DNA of 60,461 nt, filler included, from Squatina squatina (Eukaryota): assembly GCA_031763465.1 (NCBI GenBank). It is 4 parts of 4 records of this genome, joined end to end, with 100 filler letters (N's around TTAATTAATTAA, not from the genome) between each part and the next. Parts side by side here need not be neighbours in the genome. Positions count along the whole stretch, not along the records: positions 1 to 19,826 come from JARFOE010000091.1; 3 more parts are not named here. One strand, 5' to 3'. Below the pieces are notes generated by a model, which had not been told where the DNA came from, made no database searches, and saw only the letters and a program-made list of their open reading frames with translations. The translations under genes were made by a program, and so were the position numbers. This document shows, piece by piece, positions 1-10,354 of this stretch; position 1 is the first letter of the stretch; each line of letters starts with the position of its first letter.

Positions 1-13
1 GGGTGGCAGAATT

Positions 14-152
14 CTGTATTCTCTAGAGTTTAGAAGAATGAGAGGCGATCTTATTGAGACGTACAAAATTCTTACAAGGGAGGATGTTTCCCCTGGCTGG
101 GGAAGTCTAGAACCAGGGGTCACAGTCTCAGAATAAGGGGTAGGCCATTTAG
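14..152 (+). mobile_element. CR1 LINE ORF2 C-terminal fragment
   Basis: Reads ..LYSLEFRRMRGDLIETYKIL..RMFPLAG..SRTRGHSLRIRGRPF, the same CR1 3' motif repeated many times in this window. Confidence 0.8.
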
Positions 153-154
153 AG

Positions 155-287
155 TTTTTTCTACCAAAGTGGGTAACCTCACATTTTTCCACATTAAATT
201 CCATCTGCCATGTTCTTGCCTACTCACTTAGCCTGTCTAAATCCCCTTGAAGCCTCTTTGCATTCTCCTCACAACTTACATTCCCAA
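155..287 (-). mobile_element. CR1 LINE reverse transcriptase fragment
   Basis: Minus strand gives ..CEENAKRLQGDLDRLSE*ARTWQMEFNVEKCEVTHFGRK, a typical CR1 late-RT segment; abrupt junction with the + strand copy upstream. Confidence 0.8.
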
Positions 288-562
288 GAAGCGCACCCTT
301 GGGGTACAGGAGGGATTGGTAAGGGTTAGGGTTAGGGTTGCACCTCCCAACCCGCCATCTTGCCTCTCCCTGCCCTCCCACCCTGGCACCAACCTCGTGC
401 CAGCAATAATTCCCCTTGGGTTCCCGGCAGAGTTTGGCTCCTGTCCTAGTTCCTGCTCCAGCTGCCGTCCGCCAACCCTGGCATCATTTTCTCCGGTTTC
501 GGGCGAGAGACAGATGCCAATTCTCAAAATGAGGCCCGGCTGTTAAAATGGCCTGAGCTGAG

Positions 563-1020
563 CAACATAGCAACAGGAGGAGGCCATTCAGCCCCTCGAG
601 CCTGTTCTGCCATTCAAAGAGATCAGGGCTGACCTGTGACCGAACTCCATCTACCCGCCTTAACCAAAGGTATTCAGGGAAACGGGGCTAACAAAAAGCT
701 AACAATCTCAGATTTAAAATTAACTATTGACCCAGCAGCTATTGTCCTTTGCGGACGAGAGTTCCATCTCCTACCACCCTTTGTGTGCAACTGTGTTTTC
801 TAATTTCACTCCTGAAAGGCCTGGCTCGAATGTTTAATCCACGCCCCCGAGTCCTAGACTCCCCAACCAGCGGGAATAGTTTCTCTCGATCCACCCTATC
901 GGTTCCCCTTAATATCCTGAAAACCTCGATCAGATCACCCCTTGACCTTCTCAATTCCAGAGAATAGAATTGTGTAATCTCTTGTCGTAACTTAACCCTT
1001 GGAGTCTGGATATCATTCTG
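563..1020 (-). mobile_element. CR1 LINE 3' end
   Basis: ORF 739..954 (RGDLIEVFRILRGTDRVDREKLFPLVGESRTRG..TQRVV) followed by the 3' UTR tail ctcgaggggctgaatggcctcctcctgt. Confidence 0.85.
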
Positions 1021-1167
1021 ACTTCAAGCCAATGAGCCCCTGGGGTACTCCCGCCGAGTTACAATTGNNNNNNNNNNNNNNNNNNNNNNNNNNNNNNNNN
1101 NNNNNNNNNNNNNNNNNNNNNNNNNNNNNNNNNNNNNNNNNNNNNNNNNNNNNNNNNNNNNNNNNNN

Positions 1168-1305
1168 TGGGAGTTCCTTCACCACACGGACTGCAGTGGT
1201 TCAAGAAGGAGGCTCATCACCACCTTCTCAAGGGCAACTAGGGATGGGCAATAAATGCTGGCCCTGCCAGCGACTCCCACATCCCAGGAATGAATTAAAA
1301 AAAAA
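1168..1305 (+). mobile_element. 3' end of a second non-LTR retrotransposon family (CR1-group, called 'family 2' here)
   Basis: cttcaccacacggactgcagtggttcaagaagg..gggatgggcaataaatgctgg..cccacatccca ending in an A-run; homologous copies at 6298-6820, 14185-14525, 18825-19096 and 37135-37290. Confidence 0.75.
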
Positions 1306-1632
1306 GTCACAAAGGACTCACAAAGTAGGCAAAATTCCTCAGAGAAGCATTTTCTCATTCCCTTAAGGAGTAACAGCAGCAGCAATAATGAACCAAAAGA
1401 ATAAAAGCTTAAAAAAAATTGATGTGATTTAATTTTGAAAAAATATTATTCAGGCAATGCTGCTGAATCCTGTATGTTTGAATTAACTCAGTGACATTAA
1501 GTCTGAATAAATGTACAGAGAGGCACGGTTGCACACAGTTACTCGCCGGACGTGTGTAACTACTTCGATAGTCTGCAGTGTGCGCACCAGCTCACTTGAT
1601 TGTGGAGACGCACAAATTTAATGGTAACATGG

Positions 1633-2075
1633 CTCCTGTGCTCACTGACCTGAATTAGCTCCTGGTCCGGCAACGCCTCAAATTTAAAATTCTCATCCTT
1701 GTTTTCATATCCCTCCGTGGCCCCTCGCCCCTCCCTATCTCTGTAATATCCTCCAGCCCTACAACCCCCCGAGATCTCTGCGCTCCTCCAATTCTGGCCT
1801 CTTGCGCATCCCCCGATTCCCATCGCTCCACCATTGGCGGCCGTGCCTTCAGCTGCCTGGGCCCCAAGCTCTGGAGTTCCCTCCCTAAACCTCTCCGCCT
1901 CTCTCTCCTCCTTTGATGCTCCTTAAAACCGACCTCTTGGACCAAGCTTTTGGTCGCCTGTCCTAATATCTCCTTATGTGGCTCGTTGTCAGATTTTGTC
2001 TGATAATCACTCCTGTGAAGCGCCTTGGGACGTTTTACTACGTTAAAAGCGCTGGATAAATACAAGTTGTTGTTA
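1633..2075 (+). mobile_element. L2 (LINE2) 3' end
   Basis: Degenerate L2 ORF2 C-terminus RLKFKILILVF..PYLCNILQPYNP..SLRSSNSGLLRIP..IGGRAFSCLGPKLWSSLPKPLRL, then tail gtgaagcgccttgggacg..ataaatacaag(ttg)n. Confidence 0.85.
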
Positions 2076-2460
2076 AGGCTGTCACACATAAACACTAATT
2101 CCACTCACCGGAACCTGTACTCAGGATTATCTGTGAGCTATTACGAGGCACTGACATCTGTCACTGTCAACTGCGCAATTGCAGAGTGTTTGAGATGTGA
2201 ATTATGATGCTATGCTTGCAGTACTGGATCGTCCCAGCAAGTGGCACCAAAGTCCACATATTCCAAACTGGGGCACATTTGGATACAGACTCTCGATGTG
2301 AGCCAATATAAGGCTCCCTCCTTGCCAGTCTGCATACACTGAAAAATGGGGTAGATTTTATGAATTAGTGATCCCAGCATGGAGCTTTGAACAGCAGGAA
2401 TGCTAATTGGAATATTTTCTTAACTGTGCGAGACTAGGAACAGTGGAGGAGTAAAGGGAG

Positions 2461-2898
2461 CATAAGAACATAAGAATTAGGAGCAGGAGTCGGCCATTCG
2501 GCCCCTCGAGCCTGCTCCACCATTCAATGAGATCACGGCTGATCTTCTCCCTCAACGCCACTTTCCTGCACTATCCCCATATCCCTTGCTGCCTTTAATA
2601 TCTAGAAATCTATCAATCTCTGTCTTGAATATACTCAATGACTGAACCTCCACAGCCCTCTGGGGTAGAGAATTCCAAAGATTCACCACCCTCTGAGTGA
2701 AGAAATTTCTCCTCATCTCAGTCCTGAATGGCCGACCCCTTATTCTGAGACTGTGACCCCTGGTTCTAGACTCCCCCCCCAGCCAGGGGAAACATCCTCC
2801 CTGCATCTACCCTGTCGAGCCCTGTAAGAATTTTGTATGCAATGAGATCACCTCTCATTCTTCTAAACTCTAGAGAGATACAGGCCTAGTCTACTCAA
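2461..2898 (-). mobile_element. CR1 LINE 3' end, relatively young
   Basis: ORF 2552..2806 SRTRGHSLRIRGRPFRTEMRRNFFTQRVVNLWNSLPQRAVE..IFKTEIDRFLDIKG; terminal 8-bp repeat (cataagaa)x2 at 2461-2476. Confidence 0.9.
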
Positions 2899-3687
2899 TT
2901 CACCCTTCTCTTCTCCCTTCCACTTACACGGCTCCCCCACCCACTAGACTGACAACTACGTCAGCCGGGGAAAGGCCAGAGGTCAGACTTGAGGCTCCTG
3001 ACAGGAGCGGGGGCATCTGCTCATTTGCACATGAACACGGCTTCATAAAAATGCAAAGCGCCTCGCCTCTGAGCAGCAATAAGTCAGGGCCTTCTGGCGC
3101 TTTCCGCACCGGCCGCCCTCAATGGGCCTGTCAGCCCTTTTGCAGTGAATTTAGTGAAGAGTCATGAAAGGAGGATAAAATAAAGGGAAGGGGGGCAGTT
3201 GCATGCCATCTGTCTGTATTAGAAGTCCAGCATCACTCCTGTTACGCTCGAACCATTTGCCAAACTTATCAAAGCCAGACTTATACAACGCACTCAATTG
3301 CATGCATTCCCAATTTTACAGCCGGTCCATTAAACAGGCATCCAGAGGGCCTGATGCCTCAGCGAGTAAATACACCACCCCGGTGTCCGGCCCAGACCAC
3401 GGAGGTCCCCACTGTTGGATCCCTGGTCCGTGCCGAATGAGCTGGTCTCAGCTGAGGCTCTGTAATTGGCCTCAGTGCCCCGGGGGGTGAACAATAAAAT
3501 TCAGTTAGCGCATCTTGCTGCCCATTGGTTCCTGCTGCAAGGTAGACCAGTCGTGCCATCGCGAGAGAGCAGGATTCTCCTCGGCAGNNNNNNNNNNNNN
3601 NNNNNNNNNNNNNNNNNNNNNNNNNNNNNNNNNNNNNNNNNNNNNNNNNNNNNNNNNNNNNNNNNNNNNNNNNNNNNNNNNNNNNNN

Positions 3688-4200
3688 ACATGAAGCCATG
3701 GCGCCCGGCGGGACTCGCACCTGCGTCATGCCCGGGGCCGCGCCGGTCTCGGCCCGGCGCCCGCTCCCGCTGCCGCACCTCCTCCTCCTCCTCCTCCTGA
3801 GCGGCCCCGGGGCCTGGGCGGCCGCCCGCGTCTCCTCCAGCCTCAGCACCTCGCACCACGTCCACCACTTCCACAGCAAGCACTTCTCGGTGCCCATCGC
3901 CATCCACCGCTCGGCCGTCTCCGCCAGAGGTCACGGTAAGCTCTCGCGCTCCGTGTCGGCGCCGCTCTCTGCCGGTTTAAAAAAAGAAAATTCTGCCAAA
4001 TTTTGCTCTGAAGCCGCCTCGGCCGGTCGAATAGTCTTTTTAGTTTTCGCCCGCCCTCCTCCTCGTTAACCAGTTGCCTCCCAACTCCTTTTTACCCTTC
4101 CTTTCCTCGTTAAGAGGTGTCAGAGGGTTAAAATGCAGCCCAGCTCTGCTTGCAAGTAATCCTGGAGGCCACCCAGCCGCCTCACCGGGTCGAATTGTCA
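3688..4200. promoter_or_regulatory. CpG-rich island-like segment at the NRXN2-beta internal start
   Basis: Visibly high GC and CpG density across the exon and the start of the intron, against a CpG-poor background; its 5' part is lost in the gap 3588-3687. Confidence 0.55.
3698..3935 (+). CDS. NRXN2: Neurexin-2-beta specific first coding exon (signal peptide + His-rich N-terminus)
   Basis: gccATGg start; MAPGG..PHLLLLLLLSGPGAWAAARVSSSLSTSHHVHHFHSKHFSVPIAIHRSAVSARGH; matches recalled human NRXN2-beta ARVSSSLSTTHHVHHFHSKHGTVPIAINR..RGGH; ends at phase-1 donor CACG|gtaag as expected before the shared AGTTYIFG exon. Confidence 0.88.
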
Positions 4201-4380
4201 TTTTCCCTCCCCCGCCCCACCTCCAGTTAACTCATAAATGAAATGTGTGGAAAGAAAATGAAGAAAACACACAGCCCTATNNNNNNNNNNNNNNNNNNNN
4301 NNNNNNNNNNNNNNNNNNNNNNNNNNNNNNNNNNNNNNNNNNNNNNNNNNNNNNNNNNNNNNNNNNNNNNNNNNNNNNNN

Positions 4381-4530
4381 TCAAGAAGAAGATAGATTTT
4401 TATACACTAAAGCCATCAAAAGGAGAAATCGGGAATATGCCTTTGAGATAGAGGGTCAGCCATGATCGTATTGAATAGTGGAGCAGGCTCAAAGGGCCGA
4501 ATGGCCTACTCCTCCTATTTTCTATGTTTC
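4381..4530 (+). mobile_element. CR1 LINE 3' tail
   Basis: gatagattttt..tcagccatgatcgtattgaatagtggagcaggctcaaagggccgaatggcctactcct. Confidence 0.75.
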
Positions 4531-5356
4531 TTCGTCCCCACTGGTGATATCCACCCTTTCTGTAGCATTCCTCATCAATAAAGCAACTCGTCCATCGCAC
4601 TTTGTAGGTCTATTCTTGTGAAATACTTTATACATTTTTGCATCTCGGGAACATGGCAGAGAATGTCCATAATCTCACTAGGTTGCATATATCTCTAACT
4701 CCAGTTCTTCATTCCTGTTGCTCCTTTTATATTTGTATAAAATATCCATTTAGACATATGCCGAAAAATATTTAATTTTTCTGCTACTATTTAATTTTTT
4801 TGATTTGTTTTCTTTTATCCCCCTCCTGTCTTTTATGCTAGCTTCAATCCTCCCCCAATTCCCCATTTACCCTCTATCTAATTACATTGGTAACAATCTG
4901 ATTTGGGTAAAACGATCCCACATAAACAGCCTGTCCTTGAATTTGTCCCTAGGAAACTGAAACACTCCCCTCTATACCAGGGGCTCATTCCACAGCTGCT
5001 TTCCCAGCATGAAGCAGCAGTTACAAGAACATGCCACAAGATATGAGGCCTGTGATTTCACCACATGCCCTCCTTGGGAGAGCCCGATTGTTAAATCGCC
5101 CATTATGTCTATCCACACATGTTGACCTATCTAATCTGTTTNNNNNNNNNNNNNNNNNNNNNNNNNNNNNNNNNNNNNNNNNNNNNNNNNNNNNNNNNNN
5201 NNNNNNNNNNNNNNNNNNNNNNNNNNNNNNNNNNNNNNNNNTCGGACGAATTAGACGCAGTTGACTCACGAAGCTCTGGTGAGGAAAAGGCAATAGCGAT
5301 GGGGCTTGTTGAGAGCACACATTTTTCTTGGAAATCATTTGATTGACTATGGACAT

Positions 5357-5990
5357 TGTAAGGGCTGATCTGTGTGTGTCCTTGGGTAATTGGACCCCTA
5401 GATGTTATGGACAAAGGGAGTCAAACACAAGTAGAGCTTTTAATTAAAAAGGAATCTCTTCAGTTTATTTGATTTTATTTGATTGGTACAAACAACCAAC
5501 ATTCTACAGTTAAATCAATGCATGCAGTATCATAACTACCTATATTCACCTTAAGAATCTCTACAGTTTATTTCTCTTAGTCAGTTCTACCAAGTGTTAT
5601 GCTTATTATAACCCCATCTCATACTCACTACCACCCCTTTTGTCTCTCTCTGTGGTGCTGTGGACCTTTGCAGCGAGGGCTCTCGTCTTCCTTTCCGGCT
5701 GTGTGGGTCCTCTCCTTTCAACACTGTGGGTCCTTGACTCTCTGTGTTCTTCTCTCTCTCTAGCTTTCTGTTCTTCTTCGAGCCGTCCTGGCTATATACA
5801 AAACTCTGTCTGTGCTGCTTTCCCACTGGCTTTCTTATCAGTTCTGTCTCACATCAGTCCAAGAGACAGACGCAGTAAACAATTTAAAAAGACAGTCTTC
5901 AGTTACTTTCATAGCTGCAACTTCCAAGGTTGAAACTTATCATAACTGTGTAAAGAACTCAAAGAAAGCATTCACACAACTTTTGAAACA
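5357..5990 (-). mobile_element. Possible solo LTR
   Basis: On the minus strand: TATA-like tatata (~5793-5798), then AATAAA (~5464-5480), ending ..cccttaca at 5357; other terminus and TSD not identified. Confidence 0.3.
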
Positions 5991-6212
5991 TTAATTTCAA
6001 AACTCATCATTAGAAAAAGGGGTCTTGTTTCTTTGTTTCAGAGTCAGTAGTTTCCCACAGCTATTGAACTGTCTTGACCAAATTTTTTTCCCATAGGGCC
6101 ATTGGTCTCGAGGCGAAGCCTGAGCAAGCCCTCTTAACTAGGCCTCAGGCCTAGTTAATTTACTACATCTTCAGCGAGGCCAACGTCACGTTGTAGGCAA
6201 TTAGGGACCCCC

Positions 6213-6297
6213 TTCAACATTTGCAACAAAATAGATAAATTAATAGAACAAATAGCAATAAATGGGTTTGATCTAATAGCCATTATGGAGATGTGGT
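6213..6297 (+). mobile_element. CR1 ORF2 APE endonuclease N-terminal fragment
   Basis: ICNKIDKLIEQIAINGFDLIAIMEMW resembles the CR1 endonuclease start (..NKxDEL..DLIAITETW); cut off by the opposite-strand LINE at 6298. Confidence 0.65.
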
Positions 6298-6820
6298 TTT
6301 TCCTTAATTCGTTCATGGGATGTGGGCGTCGCTGGCAAAGCCAGCATTTATTGCCCATCCCTAATTGCCCTTGAGAAGGTGGTGGTGAGCTGCCTTCTTG
6401 AACTGCTGCAGTCCTTGTGGTGAAGGTACTCCCAAAGTGCGGTTGGGGAGGGAGTTACAAGATTTTCACCCGGCGACGATGAAGGAACGGCGATATATTT
6501 CCAAGTCAGGATGGTGTGTAACTTGGAGGGAAACTTACAGGTGATGGTGCTCCCAAGGGGTGGCCCTTGTCCTTCTAGGTGGTAGAGGTCGCAGATTTGG
6601 GAGGTGTTGCTGAAGAAGCTGTGGCGAGTTGTTGCAGTGCATCTTATAGATGGTACACACTGCAGCCATGGTGCGCCGGTGGTGGAGAGAGTGAATGTTG
6701 AAGGTGTTGGATGGTGTTGAGCTTCGAGTGTTGTTGGAGCTGCACTCATTCAGGCAAGTGGAGAGTGTTCCATCACACTCCCGACTTTTGCCTTGTAGAT
6801 GGTGGAAAGGCCTTGGCGAG
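6298..6820 (-). mobile_element. Family-2 non-LTR retrotransposon 3' portion
   Basis: Minus strand [27 protein letters not shown].. (post-RT region), then the same 3' tail as 1168-1305. Confidence 0.8.
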
Positions 6821-6897
6821 GTGGAGAAAAATACTAAACAGCATTGGAAAACAAAAACTCAAGTCGAGTCTTAATTCTTCCCTGTCTCCCTACACAG

Positions 6898-7034
6898 GTA
6901 AAAATTATGTTCCACCACCGTACAAGGAGTACGACTTTAGTCAAGCACCAAAGTTCACACAGCCTCTGTTGGATCGTTCTGTTGTTGCAGGTTACACAAC
7001 AAAGTTGAGTTGTTCTGTACGAGGCTATCCTAAA
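6898..7034 (+). CDS. Myosin-binding protein C/H family internal exon (linker and start of the C-terminal Ig domain)
   Basis: Polypyrimidine tract + tacacag| acceptor; 137-bp phase 1-0 exon; |gtaagt donor; [46 protein letters not shown] versus recalled MYBPC3 [46 protein letters not shown]. Paralog (MYBPH or MYBPC1-3) not resolved. Confidence 0.88.
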
Positions 7035-7139
7035 GTAAGTACTTAATTAAGACAGTCGGTTCCAACCATATTACTGGTTCAGCTGTAATATTCCAAAGGA
7101 GCGCACTCCTTCCTTTTGAGTTTCACTCTTCAGAGTCGA

Positions 7140-7381
7140 GTGAACCAAACTAGGTTGATTCCAGGGATGGAAGGGTTGTCTTATGAGGAAAGGTTGAACA
7201 AGTTGGGCCAATACTCATTGGAGTTTGGAAGAATGAGAGGTGGTCTTATTGAAACATATAAGATTCTGAGGCGACCTTGACAGGGTAAATGCTCAGAGGA
7301 TGTTTCCCCTCTTGGGGGAATGTAGAACTAGGGGGCATAGTCTCAGAATAAGGGGTCGCCCATTTAAGACGGAGATGAGGA
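7140..7381 (+). mobile_element. CR1 LINE ORF2 C-terminal fragment
   Basis: TRLIPGMEGLSYEERLNKLGQYSLEFGRMRGGLIETYKIL..RMFPLLGECRTRGHSLRIRGRPFKTEMR. Confidence 0.88.
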
Positions 7382-7481
7382 NNNNNNNNNNNNNNNNNNN
7401 NNNNNNNNNNNNNNNNNNNNNNNNNNNNNNNNNNNNNNNNNNNNNNNNNNNNNNNNNNNNNNNNNNNNNNNNNNNNNNNNN

Positions 7482-8655
7482 TAAAAATTCCCTCCAACCA
7501 CCTCCTTACACATTCGCTCCCTCCTCCACCATCAACAATCGCACCATCCACCACCTTATGCCTTCACTCAATCCCCCACCTTAAACATTCCTTCTGTCCC
7601 AAAGCTTAAATATTCACTCCCAGCACCAACGTAAACATTCAATCCCTCCCCGACCTTAAACATTCACTCCCTCCCCCACCTTAAAAATTCAATCCCTCCT
7701 CCAGAACCGTAAAAATTCACTCTATCCACCTCCTTAAACATTCACTCACTCCTCCACCTTTAACATTCATTCGCTGCACTAGCTTAGATATTCACTCCCT
7801 GCACGACCTTAAACATCCATTCCTGCACTCTCTTATACATTCACTCCCTCCCCGACATTAAACATTCTCTCCCTGCACCACCTTAAACATTCACTTCCTC
7901 CTCCACCAAATTAAAAATTCAGTCCCTGATACCCCCTTAAACTTTTACACCCTGCATCACCTTCAACATTCACTCCATCCACCAACTTAAACTTTCACTT
8001 GCTCCACCACTTTCGACATTCACTCCATCCCCAACTTCAAAATTCACCCCTTCCACTACCTTAAACATTCACTCCCTCCACCACCGTAAACATTCACTCT
8101 TGCACCACCTTCAAAATTCCACCCTTCCACCACATTAAACATTCAGCTCTTCCACCAGCTTAAACATTGACTTCCTGCACCATCTTCAACAGACATTCCC
8201 TCCCCAACCTTAAACATTCACTCCCTCCACCAGCTTCATAATTCACTCATTTCACCACCGTAAACATTCGCTCACTCCCCCACATTAAACATTCACTCCC
8301 TGCTCCACTGTCAAGATTCACTCCCTCCTCCACCACCTTAAAAATTCGCTCCCTCCCCAACCTTCAACATTCAATCCATCCACCAGCTTAAACATTGACT
8401 CCATCCACCACATTAAACATTCACTCCCTGCAACACTTTAAACATTCACTACCTCCACCACCTTCAACATTCAACCCTTCCACCACCTTAATCATTCACT
8501 CCCTCCACTAACTTAAACCTTCACTCCCTGCACCACATTAAAAATTCACTCCCTCCCCCACCTTCAAGTATAACTCCCTTCCCCACCTTAAACATTAAAT
8601 CCCTGCACCATCTTAAACTTTCACTCCCTTAACCATCTTAAACTTTCACTCCTTC
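7482..8655. repeat. Diverged 25-bp minisatellite, consensus ~AAACATTCACTCCCTCCACCACCTT, roughly 45 units
   Basis: 25-bp period read directly (e.g. 8061-8085, next unit at 8086); both ends run into N gaps. Confidence 0.92.
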
Positions 8656-8755
8656 NNNNNNNNNNNNNNNNNNNNNNNNNNNNNNNNNNNNNNNNNNNNN
8701 NNNNNNNNNNNNNNNNNNNNNNNNNNNNNNNNNNNNNNNNNNNNNNNNNNNNNNN

Positions 8756-9085
8756 TATAGCACCTTTCACAACCTCAGGACGCTCCAAACCGCTTCACAG
8801 CCAATGAAGCACTTTTGGCGTGTAGTCACTGTTGTGATGTCAGAAGTGCAGCACAGCAAGCTCCCACACACAGCAATGTGATAATGACCAGACCATCTGT
8901 ATTATGAGTGATATCAGTTTCGGGAAAAATATTGGCCCAGAACACTGGGGAGAACTCCCCTACAATTCCCCGAAATAGTGGCTGTGAGACCTTTTACATT
9001 GACCCGAGAGGGCAGACGGGGCCTCGGTTTAACGTCTCATCTGAAAGACGGCACCTCCGGCGGTGCGGCACTCCCTCAGTACTGG
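8756..9085 (-). mobile_element. Deu-domain SINE (SacSINE1/AmnSINE1-like)
   Basis: Reverse complement contains gagggagtgccgcaccgccggaggtgccgtctttcagatgagacgttaaaccgaggccccgtctgccctctc and the L2-like tail ..gaggttgtgaaaggtgctata. Confidence 0.8.
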
Positions 9086-9654
9086 CACCGGCCGTGTCGC
9101 ACGTAATCAAGTCTGAGTGTTGGAGGGGGCCTTGATGCTGCTGCTAGCCACAGATATGGGTACCAAACATAAACGGTATGGCCGTAATAAAAGATGGAAC
9201 ACATGGCTTCCTCCACACAGCGTGGGCGTCCCACAGATGCTTCAGTCAGTTGCTCACTTGGACGTTGAGGCAGCTGTCATCCTCATTCAAAGTATCGCTT
9301 GCTCTCAAATTAAAGTATGGGATTACATTGCCCGCTGCCAATGCTAATTAAAGGAGTCAAGCCGTGAAGCAGCCCACCTCTGAGATCTGATGCAAGACCT
9401 TTGTCGAAGGCCCTGTGATGTGGGTGGGTCAGCTGATGGAATCTGCATGGCAAAGGCACCAGTCACTCAACAGGAATGGAGTCTGGGTCAACTGGAGTGA
9501 TTACCAGCAACGAAGAGCCCCACGCCCCCACACAAATACCCGAGCAATGATCCCACGGCGCTACTTGGGAAAGAGCAGTGAGTTCTCCCAGTGCCCCGCC
9601 CAACATTCCTCCCTCAGTCAACGCCAACCCCAAGAGAAACAGGTGCACCTGCCC

Positions 9655-9921
9655 TCAGCCAATTCAGTTGTGGCGCTCGCCTCTGAGTCAGGAGGCTGAG
9701 TGTTCAAGTGCCACTCCAGAGACTTGAGCCGGTGATCCAGGCTGACACTCCCAGTGCAGTAGTGAGGGAGTGCCGCAGTGTCGGTGTTGCGTCTTTCAGT
9801 TGAGATGTTAAACCAAGGAGCCCTCTGCCCTCTCGGGTGGACGTAAAGGATCCTGTGGCCCTGTTTTGAAGCTGAGCAGGGGAGCTATCCCCGGTGTCCT
9901 GGCCAGTATTTAGCTCTCAAT
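9655..9921 (+). mobile_element. Deu-domain SINE, 5' part with tRNA-derived head
   Basis: Head with B-box-like gttcaagtgcc, then the Deu core (gtctttcagttgagatgttaaaccaagg..ggtggacgtaaaggatcc..ccccggtgtcctggcca). Confidence 0.8.
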
Positions 9922-10021
9922 NNNNNNNNNNNNNNNNNNNNNNNNNNNNNNNNNNNNNNNNNNNNNNNNNNNNNNNNNNNNNNNNNNNNNNNNNNNNNNN
10001 NNNNNNNNNNNNNNNNNNNNN

Positions 10022-10250
10022 AATCTTTGGAATTCTTTACCCTAGAGAGCTGTGGAGGCTGAGTCATTGAATAAATTCACGGCTGAGATAGACAGATTTT
10101 TGATTAGCTGGGGAATCAAGGGTTATGGGGAAAAGGCAGGAAAGTGGAGTTGAGGCAAATATCAGATCGGCCATGACCTCATTGCATGGCGGAGTAGGCT
10201 CGAGGGGCCGAATGGCCTGCTCCTGTTCCTATTTCTTCTGGTCTTATGGT
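10022..10250 (+). mobile_element. CR1 LINE 3' end
   Basis: NLWNSLP*RAVEAESLNKFTAEIDRFL plus tail ggctcgaggggccgaatggcctgctcctgttcctatttctt. Confidence 0.85.
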
Positions 10251-10252
10251 CT

Positions 10253-10354
10253 GATCCATGCTGCATTTGATCTGGGAGTGATTAGCCAGATCCATGCTGC
10301 ATTCGATCTGGGGGTGCTTCATCGGATCCATGGTGCATTAGATCTGGGAGTGAT
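10253..10354. repeat. Three tandem 36-bp units (gatccatgctgcatttgatctgggagtgattagcca)
   Basis: Units start at 10253, 10289 and 10325. Confidence 0.85.

Noticed and set aside
320-340. Telomeric TTAGGG repeats
   Set aside because: Only about three units inside a GC-rich element-like block; too short to call an interstitial telomere.
1655-2104. 149-aa minus-strand ORF and similar short ORFs in the track
   Set aside because: Antisense frame of an L2 3' end. Most listed ORFs are repeat-derived or inflated by N gaps.
3843-3863. REST/RE1 site in the NRXN2-beta exon (tcagcacc)
   Set aside because: Only the left half-site matches; GGACAG is absent and the sequence is explained by coding.
4860-4940. 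Possible L1 ORF2 relic (FMW..GGLKL on the minus strand)
   Set aside because: Similarity too weak to support without a profile search.
7482-8655. CRISPR-like array
   Set aside because: Head-to-tail degenerate units with no unique spacers, in vertebrate DNA; it is a minisatellite.
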